Source: Octopus sinensis
Lineage: Eukaryota
Length of the DNA stretch: 64,000 nucleotides
Direction: 5' to 3'
NCBI RefSeq assembly: GCF_006345805.1
Contig: NC_043013.1
Location: 41,478,001 to 41,542,000 of the forward strand
Every line of letters begins with the position of its first letter. The stretch's first letter is position 1. Below are positions 11,200 through 23,615 of the stretch, in pieces. The notes beneath the pieces were generated by a model. It had not been told where the DNA came from. It saw only the letters and a program-made list of their open reading frames with translations, and did no database searches. Both the position numbers and the translations under genes were made by a program.

Positions 11200-14100
11200 T
11201 GTAGAAAGAAATGAAATGACAGAAGACAGTAAAGAAGAGAAAAGAATGAAAATTCAAACACTTAATATGAAAATTGTAGAAGAAAGTAAAAACCATCGGA
11301 AATTTAGGTTGCAAAAGATGAGGGAATATGAGAGAAGGACAAGAGAGCAAGAAGGGAAATAAGATTGCAGACAAGATAGGGAAATAAGATTGCAGAGAAA
11401 AGAGAAAATTATAGAAATAAAAAAGTGCAAGAAAAAGAAAAAAAAGACTAAGAAATACGATTGCAAATAAAGGAGAGAAAAAGGTAAAACAAATAGGAAA
11501 CAAGAAAGTGAAAGCGACCGAAAAATACAACTAAAAAAGAGAAAGCTTTCCAGGGAAAATCAGCTGAAAAAAGTATGGACGATTTCAGTGGCAAAGTGTA
11601 GCATTTAATTATGACCCTAATCGTAATTCTACGTCTGAAAAAATTGTCTCCCTGGGCTATATATGCAAAACATGTGAAAAGTGTGGCGCTGGGAAGTGGG
11701 ACAAGGAACATCTTCTTTTGGGTAGCACTTCAGAATCAAAACACTTACTTAAAAATATTCGAGCATACGATTGTGTTTTTCAAGTAACATCATTTGGGAC
11801 ACAAATTTTAGGGAAAGTGGGTTTCTGCCGACTTTTAAAGTGCAAGGAGAAAGTTATCACAGAATTGGCTCTCTTAAGCATTTACAGAACAAAAATCCAT
11901 AATTTTTACAAATATATTTTATAGGTGGCGCGCAAAAAGAAGCTCAGTGTCGCAACAAGCATTGTTCAGGTATAAGATTAGAACTTATTTTTAAGCTGCA
12001 AGAAATACTTCAGGAAAAGAATAATGTGAGAATCTTTGAGTATGCTTTAGAATATACTTCAGGTGCAGACTTTCACGTTGTCATCGATGCCGACAAAAGA
12101 CCAGCCGGAGATCATGTCCGTTGATTCAATAATGTTCCTCAGTGTAATGAAGTGGCTATTATTATTGTTGTAGAACAACGTGGTAAACGAGATGTTTTGA
12201 AGTATCGTGACAATAGCATCACGTTCATAAATGAAACTCATCGATCATGTGATGGCTTACAATATCCCTTGCATTTTGTTAACGGAGAAGACGGATACCA
12301 CTTTGGTATAACACAAGCTGGAGGAATCACTTCCAAAAGAACTATATCCTGTATAGATTATTATGTTCATCGATTAATGATTCGAAGTAATTCGTTTAAT
12401 TATCTTCACTATTGCCAAGGTCTTTTTCACTAGTATGTTGTTGATATGTATACCAAAATAGAGTCGAAAAGCTCGTGCTACATAAAAATGCATCAAAAAG
12501 AACTACGTTCAGAATTGCACGTGCATTTACGAGATGGCATTAACAATGATATTGCTGGGACAGGGCTTCGGCAGCTTTGTATTCGCCCATCCAGTTTTAC
12601 AGGAAGCCCAAGATATATGCACGAGAGGACACAGGATGCCATGACTTACGTGCGTAATTATGGACTTCCTGATATTTTCATCACTTTTACTTGCAATCCC
12701 AAATGGAAGGAAATCCAAGCTGAACTTCTTCCAGGACAATTATACATTAACAGACACGATCTAATTGCAAGAGTTTTTCATCTCAACATTTCGAAATTGA
12801 TGGACATCATAACTAAGTCTTACATATTTCGACCAGTACGTTGCTACATCTATACAATTGAATGGCAAAAGAGAGGCTTACCCCACACACATAATTTTAA
12901 TCTGGCTTTTGCAGAAAATATAAACTGATGAGATCGATTCCATAATCTCAACAGAAATTCAAATCCCTACGAAAGACAAAGAACTTTATGAAGTTGTAAA
13001 ATCGAGCATGGTTCATAGCCCATGTGGTGACCTCAGCCCAATTGCATCTTGCATGAAAGATAAGAAGTATACGAAATATTATCCTAAAAATTTCATTAAA
13101 GAAACGCAACCGAGTAATGACGGATATCCATCTTACAGAAGTAGGGCACCACAAGATGAAGGTTCTGAAACAAAAATTGGTCGCCATACAATTGGTTAAT
13201 CAATGGATAGTGCCTTACTGTCCTCTTTTGTCTAAGACATTCAGAACTCAAATGTTTAATATTGTAATTCTATAAAGTCAATTAAGTACATTTGTAAATA
13301 TATTAGTAAGGGTTCTGATGCTGCACTGTTCACCCTTCAACGACAGACATTTCAAGACGAAGTGACATACTTCCAAATGGGGCGGTATATTTGCAGCAAT
13401 GAAGCGTTTTGGAGAATATTTGGCTTCCCTATTCATGAGCAATATCCTCCAGTGAAACAACTCTGCTCATTTAGAGAATGGGCAATGAATATATTCCACT
13501 ATAGAAACTGCTGCTCAGCAACCCCCAGCTTCAAGAAAAACTACATCAACAGCATTTTTCAAACTTTGCTAGAAAGACACTTTCGTTTCCAATATTTAAG
13601 AATTTCTAAATTATTAATGGGCGGGGTTACCACTGTACTCTCAGGAAACTTTCGTCAGACATTGCTTGTAGTTCCAAAAGACACTACGGCAGATGAGTTA
13701 ACATCGTGCTTGAAGTCCTCTTATTTGTGGAGGCATGTAACAAAAATGAGCCATTCTTTTGGCCTGGAAAATTTGTTCAGAATTTATGGAACTTGGAGAA
13801 GGTAGGGTACCCCTAGATGAAAATAATTGTTTAGATATATCTCTAATTAGTATATTAATTTCATTTCTCAATGAACTAATAGCAAGTGTTTTTATAAATT
13901 TTTAATACTACCAACAAAATCATAAGTACTTATGTAAAAGGGCAATACTTGCGCCAAAAAATATCAGTCAACACCATTAACAATAAGTTGTGCTGAATTT
14001 CAGGAAATACACAGACTTACAAATCTATAGATTCAGTTCCAGATCCCGCAGAGGCGGTCAATTATCCTTTTGAATTCTTAAATTCTTTGGAACCTTCTGG

Positions 14101-14510
14101 GCTTCCACCACACCGACTTTTCATGCTACCATGGAACTTTGATCATCCTCGGTTGTGTAATCGCATTAGTTAAAAATTTAATGCCTCGTATTATTTAGGC
14201 TATTATTTTGACTGGGTGTTTTACGGGAGAAGGGGTACTTATACCAAGAATATCTTTGATTCCATCTGACACAGAAATACCTTTTATATTCAAAAGGCTA
14301 TAATTTCCAGTGAAACTCAGCTTTGTTATGCCTATAAATAAATCGCAGGAACAAATGTTATCTGTTTCCGGGCTACAACTCGAAGAAAATTATTCTACTC
14401 ATTGGGAAACTGTATGCAGCATGTACAAGAATTGGAAGTCCACCCAATCTTTTCATATATGCTCCTTCTGGAAAAAAAACACGTAACATTGTTTCTAAGG
14501 AAGTTCTAGA
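11200..14510 (+). pseudogene. Helitron Rep/PIF1-helicase (RepHel) pseudogene
   Basis: Charged EIRLQ repeats; CEKCGAGKW Zn finger; NIRAYDCVFQVTSFG; FTGSPRYMHER; FITFTCNPKW; HUH motif EWQKRGLPHTH (~12860-12890); IKYICKYISKGSD; helicase [41 protein letters not shown] and IVSKEVL. Many stops and frameshifts. Confidence 0.95.
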
Positions 14511-15500
14511 TTTAGAATAAATAGTGAATGAGAGGTGAAAGTACATGGACCGAAAATAGGAATCTTAGAATTGAAATGCAAAAATGTATTTAGCATGGCA
14601 AAACAGTAACATATGACGGTTGGCTCCTAAGTAAAACCGGGTAATCCTGACGTGTGTGTGTGTGTACTTCTCCACTTTCTAGGTTTTAAATACTAGATAC
14701 TACAATACTGCAAATAAAAAAAAATTTTTTAATGCAATTGCTTATCACCTTTTTTGTTCTGCTTAATTTTAAAGTTATGTACGGTAACTATTTTAATGTT
14801 CCGGATTTTTAAAAATATATGTTTCAAACATAGGAGATCGTGATTCCACACAAAAATTAGGGCTAGCGTTGGGGGTTGGGTTTAGGATTTAATACTGGGG
14901 TTAGTATTGTAGTTTAGATTTTAGGGATAAAATTAGGATTAGAATCTTGAGTTAAGTTACATTTTAAGGTTACCATTTAATGTTAGGGTTTCGGGTTAGC
15001 ATTTAGGATTACAATTTTGAGTTAGGGTAGGGTTAGTTTCAACAGAAATGGAAAAGAGATTCAAAAGATTTGAATTTGTGTACAAATTTTTACGAAATTG
15101 AACTTGCATGTTTGGAATATGGATATCAAACATTTTTCTTAAAAGCAGAAAAATATAAAGGTCTACAAAGAGTTCTTAGTCCGAAATTTCTTTGAGTGTT
15201 TTTTTTTTTGTTTGTTTTTAATCTTTACTATAAGTTAGAAAAGAGCTTTGCGACGTTACTGTTAATTTTCTGAGTCACTAACGCAGGCAACGCCGGGTAT
15301 TTCAGCTAGTACATACACACACACATACATGACACTGTCGTGTGTGTGTACAGATAAACGTTTAGGTTAATGAATAAAAAGGATAGTTATAAGCACTCTG
15401 CTTGTGTGGCTGGCACATAAGCATAACCCTATTCCTGCTTGGGTCATGCCGCCGCTGCCGAAAGAAGATGAAATATACCCTTGTGCAGCTCACTGTATAT

Positions 15501-15704
15501 ATATTGGTTTCAAGTTTCGACCCAAGGCCAGTAAATTTGAGGAATGGCGTTAGTCGATTACATTGACCCCAGGGGTTCAACTGGTACTTCTTTTATCAAC
15601 CCCGAAAGATGAAAGGCAAAGTCAACCTCAGCAGAAATTGAACTCTGAACTCAGAATTTGAACTTCTGACCTCGACATATTTGAACTCTGTGAAGACGGA
15701 CGAA
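15501..15704 (-). mobile_element. SINE family B, partial
   Basis: GAAAGATGAAAGGCAAAGTCAACCTCAGC core on the minus strand. Confidence 0.75.
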
Positions 15705-15715
15705 CGGTGCCTATA

Positions 15716-16098
15716 GGAAAAAGGAAGCACTTCGTCGGTTACGACGACGAGGGTTCCGGTTGATCCGATCAACGGAACAGCCTGCTCGTGAAATTAACGT
15801 GTAAGTGGCTGAGCACTCCACAGACACGTGTACCCTTAACGTAGTTCTCGGGGATATTCAGCGTGACACAGAGAGTGACAAGGCCGGCCCTTTGAAATAC
15901 AGGTACAACAGAAACAGGAAGTAAGAGAAAGTTGTGGTGAAAGAGTACAGCAGGGATCACCACCATCCCTGTCGGAGCCTCGTGTAGCTTTAGGTGCTTT
16001 CGCTCAATAAACACTCACAACGCCCGGTCTGGGAACTGAAACCGCGATCCCACGACCGCGAGTCCGCTGCCCTAACCACTGGGCCATTGCGCCTCCAC
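15716..16098 (-). mobile_element. tRNA-SINE family A, full length with 10-bp target-site duplication
   Basis: Head GTGGAGGCGCAATGGCCCAGTGGTTAGGGCAGCGGACTCG with A and B boxes. TSD GGTGCCTATA at 15706-15715 and 16099-16108. Confidence 0.9.
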
Positions 16099-16425
16099 GG
16101 TGCCTATATATTGTTGATGTGAATGTATCGACTCATGGAATCCATTTCGAGAAATAGTAGTGAATTACATATACGCAAGGTATTTATAGAAATTTGTGAC
16201 GCTGTATATCATCTTCCTATGGTATCTGTCTCAAGGTAACTAAGTCGAATAAACAAGCACACTCCTACATTGCTGTTCTACTTACAAGAAAGAGCAGGAA
16301 ATTTTGCTCAATCTAGAGTCTACCGCTTAGAAAATTGAATACACTGAAAAAATGTTAAGAGGAAAGCTCTCTAAAAACATTATTTGCATGCTTTATTATT
16401 TGCCTTTCATTAAAGTCACAACGCA

Positions 16426-17212
16426 AGGCGGCGAGCAGGCAGAAACGTTAGCACGCTGGGCGAAATGTTTAGCGGTATTTCGTCTGTCGCTACGTTGTGA
16501 GTTCAAATTCCGCCGAGGTCGACGTTGCCTTTCATCCTTTCGGGGTCGATAAATTAAGTACCAGTTACGCACTGGGGTCGATGTAATCGACTTAATACCT
16601 ATGTCTGTCCTTGTTTGTCCCCTCTGTGTTTAGCCCCTTGTGGGTAATAAAGAAATAGGTATTTCGTCTGCCGTTACGTTCCGAGTTCAAATTCCGCCGA
16701 GGTTGACTTTGCCTTTCATCCTTTCGGGGTCGATTAAATAAGTACCAGTTACGCACTGGGGTCGATATAATCGACTTAATCCGTTTGTCTGACCTTGTTT
16801 GTGCTCTCTGTGCGTAACCCCTAGTGGGTAGTAAAGAAATGAGAAACGTTAGCACGCCGGGCGAAATGCTTAACGATATTTCGTCTGCCGCTTCGTTCTA
16901 AGTTCAAATTCCGCCTTGGTCGACTTTGCATTCATCCTTTCGAGGTCGATTAAATAACTACCAGTTACGCACTGACGTCGATGTAATCGACTTAATCCGT
17001 TTGTCTGTCCTCTCTGTGTTTAGCCCCTTGTGGGTATTAAGGAAATAGGTATTTCGTCTGTTTTTACATTCTGACTTCAAATTCCGCCGAGGTCGACTTT
17101 GCCTTTCATCCTTTCGGATATATTAAGTACCAGTTGCGTACTGGGGTCGATCTAATTGACTGGCACCCATCCCCAAAATTTCGGGCCTTGTGCCAGAATA
17201 GAAAAAGAATTA
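16426..17212 (+). mobile_element. SINE family B, four-unit tandem array
   Basis: The core GTCGACTTTGCCTTTCATCCTTTCGGGGTCGAT...AGTACCAGTT recurs four times at ~180-210 bp spacing. Confidence 0.9.
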
Positions 17213-17216
17213 AAGT

Positions 17217-17297
17217 CACTTACCTCGCTCCGAGATTTGAACCCAAAATCTATTCTTCATAGGTATAACACCTCTAACCACTGGGCCACGCGTTCAT
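17217..17297 (-). mobile_element. Isolated tRNA-like SINE head
   Basis: Reverse complement: GCGTGGCCCAGTGGTTAGAGG...GGGTTCAAATCTCGG (A and B boxes), with no acceptor stem. Confidence 0.6.
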
Positions 17298-17304
17298 ACA
17301 TATG

Positions 17305-17520
17305 CATATTCAAATTACCAATGAGTTATCTTTTCTTCTATCTCTCATTTCTTTCAGTCATTAGACTGCGGCTATGCTGGGGTACTGCTTGGAAGGGTTT
17401 ACTCGGACGAACCGACCTCAGTACTAATTTTATTCTGTAAGTCCGTCACTTACTATTTTCAGTCTTGTTGGGACGTAAACACAACAAAACCGGTTGTGGA
17501 CAGAAAAACACAGACACAAA

Positions 17521-17603
<83 letters not shown>

Positions 17604-17775
17604 TTATATATATACATGAAGGGCTTCTTTCAGTTTTCATCTAACCAAATATACTCACTTGGCTTTGGTCTGCCCGAGGTTTCAGTAGACAATAGTTCCC
17701 AATGGTGCTACACAGTGAGACTGAACCCGGAACCATGTCGGCGGAAAGCAAGCTTCTTACCACACATCCATGTCT
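17305..17775 (-). mobile_element. SINE family C with internal (TA)n(CA)n
   Basis: Homologous to the copies at 25092-25565 and 48245-48642. Confidence 0.85.
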
Positions 17776-18994
17776 GCGCTTCTCTATGTAGGTTTTTCTT
17801 CTTTTTCTTTTTTCGTTGCTTGTTATATTTAGTCAAAAAAGACTTAATATTCCCAGAGAATGCAAAGAACGATATTTCACCTTTTCACCAAAAATAAAGA
17901 TTATATTTTGGATCCATTCAACTATTTCGAAAATTTTGAGAATATCATAATTACCAAACTAGTTCTATGGAACTATCTAATTAAATTTTTCAATATCTTT
18001 TAATAATATATTGTATTTATTTTATTATATTTTATTGTTAATTTACATTTTTTTTTAAAATCTTTCCCGAAGAAATTATATATTTGGAGTCATTTAGAAG
18101 ATTTCCAAATATTAGAAAAAAATTTCGGTCACGCAACCATTCTATGGTGCTAACCAAAATATGTTCCTAATTTAGCAAGAATTGTGATTTTGGTTTTTAT
18201 TTATTGTACAAAAAAAATTGTTCTACGTTTAGAATTTCTTCTAAAATATTGATGACGAATTGATATTTCTTGTTGTAGTAATTATTTTTGTTGTTGATGT
18301 TAAGGTTCGTGTTGATGATGTTGATGATGATGACAACGACGACGACGATGATAATAAAGTAGTTGATCAGTATGACAGGGATGCTGGTGTTGGAGGTGAT
18401 GATGAGAATTAGGAAGAGGGGTAGTAGGAGGGGTATGTGGATGAAGATGATAGTGAGGTGGGTGGTGGTGGTGGTGGTGGCAATTGGGGCTAGAGATGGT
18501 TGTTGGTGATGATAATTACGATGATGATGACGATGGCGACGATGATGGCATTGGTAGTGGTAGTACTTGCCGTGGTGGTGGGGATGTTGCTTAAGATGAT
18601 GATGATGACGATGACGATGGTGACGATGATGATGATAACAGTTAGCCTCAAGGGATCTCCGACCCAAAATGTATCGCGTCTGCGCATATGTCCATGTTTA
18701 CATTGACCAGCAGGTGCTATCATTGCTTAAAGCCTGTAGAGTGTGATTTGAAAGAGGTTTAGGATCAGTTTTTTAGCGGCGTTGCTCGAAAGCATTTACG
18801 TGTGACACAATTTAAATGATTCCAAAATCTTACCTGCAGTTCGTTACACTCTCATGTAAGTTGTGTGAGTGTACACACACTCACGCACTATTAAACACAC
18901 ACCCACACATATCAGCACACACACACACACACGCATATATAAATAGTGGAGGCGCAATGGCCCATTTGTTAGAGCAGCGGACTCTATATATATA

Positions 18995-19165
18995 TATATA
19001 CGACGCGCTTCTTTCAGTTTCCGTCTACCAAATCCACTCACAAGGCTTTGGTCAGCCTGAGGCTATAGCAGAAGACACTTGCCAAAAATGCCACGCAATG
19101 GGACTGAACCCGGAACCATGTGGTTGGGAAGCGAGCTTTTTATCACACAGCCACTCCTGCGCCTA
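18995..19165 (-). mobile_element. SINE family C, 5' half (preceded by a family A head at 18947-18985)
   Basis: CTTTCAGTTTCCGTCTACCAAATCCACTCACAAGGCTTTGG...CACACAGCCACTCCTGCGCC. Confidence 0.85.
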
Positions 19166-19185
19166 TATGTGTGTGTGTGTATGTA

Positions 19186-19381
19186 CGAAGGGTGCTGAAA
19201 GTTCCAGGTTTGGGGTAAAAGAAAATACAGGAGGATCAGTGGATTCTGATTTTATGCAACTTTTTGCTCTCACAGATTCATACACTTATTGCGGCGGTTC
19301 TTCAGTTTTTCGTTAAGGTTTGTCCTCCAGCCAGGACTTTCGCTTCCCTCTTAAAGCCCGGAAGTTTTCAACACCACCTCG
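19186..19381. mobile_element. Mariner-type MITE, 196 bp, TA TSD
   Basis: TA|CGAAGGGTGCTGAAAAGTTCCAGG ... CCCGGAAGTTTTCAACACCACCTCG|TA imperfect TIRs. Confidence 0.8.
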
Positions 19382-19419
19382 TACAAATATGTAGATATTA
19401 TATGTGTGAGTGTGTTGGT

Positions 19420-19635
19420 ACTGTTTGTCTCCCTGCCACGCATAACGCCTCCCTCTTTTGACAATCGTTCCTGGTGTATTTACATACCTCCTAATTAGCG
19501 GTTGGTCAAAAAGAGACCAACAGAATTAGTACTAGGTTTTAAAATATAAGTGCTGGGGTTGATTTATTCGGTTAAAATTTTTACAAGGCGCTGCTCCAGC
19601 ACGGTCGCAGTCTAATGACTGAAACAAGCAAAAGC
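19420..19635 (+). mobile_element. SINE family C, 3' half
   Basis: AGAATTAGTACTAGG...CTCCAGCACGGTCGCAGTCTAATGACTGAAACAAG. Confidence 0.8.
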
Positions 19636-19794
19636 TAAAACACATACATACACGTCTGGATTCTGCTCATTTTTTCCCTTAAGAAAGTTACCACACATGA
19701 CAAGACATTGATCAAATCCTGATCAATAATAAGCAGAACCGAACCAGAAATCACGGGATTGGAAAACAAACTCCTTAACCACACATCTACACTT

Positions 19795-19970
19795 ATATTA
19801 GCGATATTTCGTCGGTCTTTACGTTCTGAGATCAAAATCCCCGGAGGTCCAGTTTGCCTTTCATCCTTTCGGGGTCGATAAATTAAGTACCAGTTGCGTA
19901 CTGGGGTCGATCTAATTGACCGGTACCCTCTCCAAAAATTCCGGGCCTTGTGCCTAGAGTAGAAAAGTAT
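19795..19970 (+). mobile_element. SINE family B (second tail type)
   Basis: Core plus GGGCCTTGTGCCTAGAGTAGAAAAG tail. Confidence 0.85.
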
Positions 19971-20594
19971 ATTATGTCTCTTAAAAGAAGAAAAACCATA
20001 ACTTCAAATATCTTTCAAAAAAACCTCCTTTATTGATTTATAACCACAATTATTCCCAAGACTCGGAAAAAACCGACTAAAGTTCTTACTTAACAACAAC
20101 AGCCCACAACACAAGCAATCTATCATTTCTTAAAATATTGATTCTTTTAGTTTGCTTCAAAAAATATATATATAATGTGGTTTTTTTTGCTGTTGTTTAG
20201 CCCTCGGCTGACCCTGATGGTGCATAACTCTGATCGACTCTCCCGTTCCTTAGTCCGATGAAGCCATTTTCCCTTGTATGTCTTCTAATACTATAGTGCA
20301 GCATTTTGAGTTTTTAATTTCAATCAATGCGGAGAATTTTTTTTAAAGGATTTGACATTTATGTGTTGATTGTAGTGGTAGCAGTGGTGTTGGTAATGGC
20401 AATGTTGGTGGAGGTAGTGGTGGTGGTGGTGGTGGTGGTGGTGGTGGTAGTGTGGTGGTGCTGGTGGAGTCAATAGTGAGACGATGAGACAAGTATATTA
20501 GATTCATTGAAACCTTCTATTTCATTGATTCCGTGTGTGTGTGTGTGTGTGCGTGTGTGTGTGTGTGTGTATGTGTGTGTGAGTGTGTGTGCGT

Positions 20595-20629
<35 letters not shown>

Positions 20630-20631
<2 letters not shown>

Positions 20632-20770
20632 GGCGGTGAGCTGGCGGAAACGTCAGCACGCCGGGCGAAATGCTTATCAGCATTTCGTCTGCCGTTATGT
20701 TCTGAATTCAAATTCCGAGGGGGTCGACTTTGCCTTTCATCCTTTCGGGGTCGATTAATAAGTACCAGTT
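20630..20770 (+). mobile_element. SINE family B, 3'-truncated
   Basis: AGGCGGTGAGCTGGCGGAAACG head plus core. Confidence 0.85.
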
Positions 20771-20822
20771 ATAAATATATATATATATATCGTATATATA
20801 ATATATATATATATATATATAG

Positions 20823-20867
<45 letters not shown>

Positions 20868-20911
20868 TATATATATGTTATATATATATATGTATTAGAT
20901 ATATATATATA

Positions 20912-20961
<50 letters not shown>

Positions 20962-20964
<3 letters not shown>

Positions 20965-21844
20965 CGTCGATGAGTATGTTGTCACCATTTTATATTTTTA
21001 TGAACTTCGCTCATGTGCAGTTTTTCTTTTTGATTGTGTTGCCTACACAGTATACTAGGGTCAGTTGGGAACCGTCTGTTAGAAAAACAGCACCATGATT
21101 CAAGTCACTCTGTCAGAAGTTTCGAAACAATATGCTGTACTGCTTTGCATTCGCGCCGGAAGCTCCGATACGAACATTTCACAATGTTTGGGTGTCAATC
21201 CGTGGATATGTACTGAGAGTGATGAAATTCAAACATCCAGTCAACATCATGGTGATTGAAGTGATCATTAGTGATGGCGACGTTATGCCTCCATTCATCT
21301 TCCCACACGGCCTCAAACTCAACACGGAGGCCTACATCAACTGCCATGCCAGGAGGAGGTGGTGGTGCCATGCCAGGAAGAGGTGGTGGTGCCATGGGTC
21401 AAGAGGGTGGCTGCTGGATGACTATGTCTGGCAACAGGACTCTGCACCGTGCAAAACAAGCAGGGGAACCCAGTCATTACTAAGACAATTTCAGTGACAA
21501 CATCGCCCCTAAAATCTGGCCACCTAACTCCCCAGACTGCAACCCTCTTGATTATTACATGTGGGACAAAATTGAGCGAGAGAGTAACAAAAATCCTAAC
21601 ACCAAAGATGAACCGAAGGCAAGGAATATGGCAGCATTGACGAACGTAAACATGGAGACTGTCCAAAAGAGTTGCAGGAGATTCCAAAGTCATCTGGAAG
21701 CCGTGGGTGAAGCTAATGGTGATTTTATCGAATAAATTTTCTGTTTAGTATTTCAAGATATTTTTATGTAATTTTGGTAAATATTTGTAAAAATGAGATG
21801 TCAGTATTATTTTCATTTTTACGTAATTTATTCACTACAGCCTG
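20962..21844 (+). mobile_element. Internally deleted Tc1/mariner element of DD37D (maT) type, copy 1
   Basis: TA|CAG...CTG|TA ends; KHPVNIMV, QQDSAP and WPPNSPDCNPLDY. There are 37 residues between the 2nd and 3rd Asp after correcting one frameshift. Confidence 0.85.
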
Positions 21845-21848
21845 TATT

Positions 21849-21880
<32 letters not shown>

Positions 21881-21897
21881 TGTATGTATGTATGTAT

Positions 21898-22000
21898 GTC
21901 ATTGTTCAGTTTATTTCAAGATTTCTTGTCAATAGAGGAACAGCCGGTTTCTAACCTAGATCCATTGGAATTTCAACATCAACATCAGGGTATTTTTGTT
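21898..22000 (+). mobile_element. ~100-bp element embedded in (TATG)n, copy 1
   Basis: Shares GCCGGTTTCTAACCTAGATCCA and CAGGGTATTTTTGT with 53983-54089 (-); both copies are flanked by TATG/TACA repeats. Confidence 0.75.
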
Positions 22001-22002
22001 TG

Positions 22003-22036
<34 letters not shown>

Positions 22037-22724
22037 TGTATGTATGTATGTATGTATGTATGTATATACGTATGTTTGTATGTATGCATGCAATGTATGT
22101 GTGTGAATGCATGTATGTATTTATGTATGCATGATTGTATGTATGTATGTATGTATATACGTATGTTTGTATGTATGCATGCAATGTATGTGTGTGAATG
22201 CATGTATGTATTTATGTATGCATGATTGTATGTATGTATATATGAGTACTATGTCAAGTCCTCTTAGTGCTACTTCTAATAGTTAACCAAGTACAACTTG
22301 TGGCTTTTCTGAGCCGTCGGTGATTGAACCAGTAAATGTATTATGGTGCTTGGTAAGGAGGGCAGCTTTCATTGGACGCTGCAGGCAGATGAAAACCGCA
22401 AACACTCGAAAGAGCGTTGACCTCGGTCTCCGCAGTGTCAACGTTCCTCCAACAGTCAGGAATGAGAGAGCCCTAATCTTTTTTTAGACACCTCTCCATG
22501 ACAAAGAAATTTCAAAGTGATATCCGCCTCGTTGCGAAGCGGAAGATCATGTTCTTAGTTCGTTGTGGACTGCTTGGTTTTGTAGGTGAGTGTCATGGTT
22601 GTACTGTGTAAGCTATTATTGATTTTGAGTTCATATCATTGCCCACAGGCATTGTCTTTGATATCTAGAATAATATAATTTGTCATACACTTCCACGAGT
22701 TCAAAGCCACCGTGTATATATAAA

Positions 22725-23420
22725 TGTATGTAGTACGTAAGAACGTATGTATGAATGTATATATGTATTTATCTATGTATCTATGTATGTACGCATGCAT
22801 GTACATATAGAGTATGCATGCATATATGTATGTATATATGTATGCATGCGTTTGTTTGTATGCAGGCATGTAAGCATGTATGTATGTACGTGTATATATA
22901 TATATATATTTATGTACGTATGCATGTATGTATGTACGTGTGTGTGTATGTATGTATGTATGAATGCATGTATGTATGTATGTATGTATGTATGTATGTA
23001 TGTATGTATGTATGTATGAATGCATGTATGTATATATGTATGTATGCATGCATGTATGTATCTAAGTATCTATCTATGTATACATGCGTTTGTATGTATG
23101 CATGTATGTATGTAGGTGTATGTATGTATTTATGTATGCATGTATGTATATATGTACGTGTGTGTATGCATGTACATATGAATGCATGTATATATATATA
23201 TATATGTATGCATGTATGTATGTGTCTATATATGTATGCATGCGTTTGTATGTATGCATGCGTTTGTACGTATGCATGAATATATGCATGTATGTATATA
23301 TGTATGCATGTATGTATGTATGTATGTATGTATGTATGTATGTATGTATGTATGTCCGTGCGTTTCTGTATATGTCTACATATATTTGTATGCATGTATA
23401 TATGAATGCATGTATACATG
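22725..23420. repeat. Cryptic (TATG/TGCA/TA)n satellite
   Basis: About 700 bp of alternating purine-pyrimidine repeats. Confidence 0.9.
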
Positions 23421-23615
23421 ATATAGTGAGAATTTACACAAAAAAACAAAAAATACGAAGACGGGTGTGTAAACAACAAAGAGATGTATTAGTTTAACGC
23501 TTGGGAAGTAAGAAAGTCTTTTATGTTTCGAGCCTACGCTTTTCGACAGAAAGGAACACAGAAATAAATAGCGAGAGAAAATACAAAAAGGTATAATGGC
23601 TAGTGATCTATCATG
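23420..23615 (-). mobile_element. Penelope-like 3' tail element, copy 2
   Basis: Reverse complement: CTTT-CTGTCGA-A-AAGC-GTAG-GCTC-GAAAC-ATA-AAAG...GCGTTAAACTAATACATC; homologous to 2552-2745. Confidence 0.55.

Larger units (their letters stand above)
9961..15309 (+). mobile_element. Helitron, near full-length but defective (~5.35 kb)
   Basis: The 5' end A|TCTCATCTTATCTTATATCTTTAAAAAG is inferred. The 3' end is the hairpin GGCAACGCC plus CTAG|T at 15306-15310. An internal RepHel pseudogene is present. Confidence 0.85.

Noticed and set aside
16426-17212. CRISPR-like regularly spaced repeats
   Set aside because: The units are whole SINE bodies without unique spacers, in a eukaryotic context with no cas genes.
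22262-22715. Non-repetitive block beginning TACACGGTG on the minus strand, possible transposon end
   Set aside because: No matching second TIR or protein motif found.
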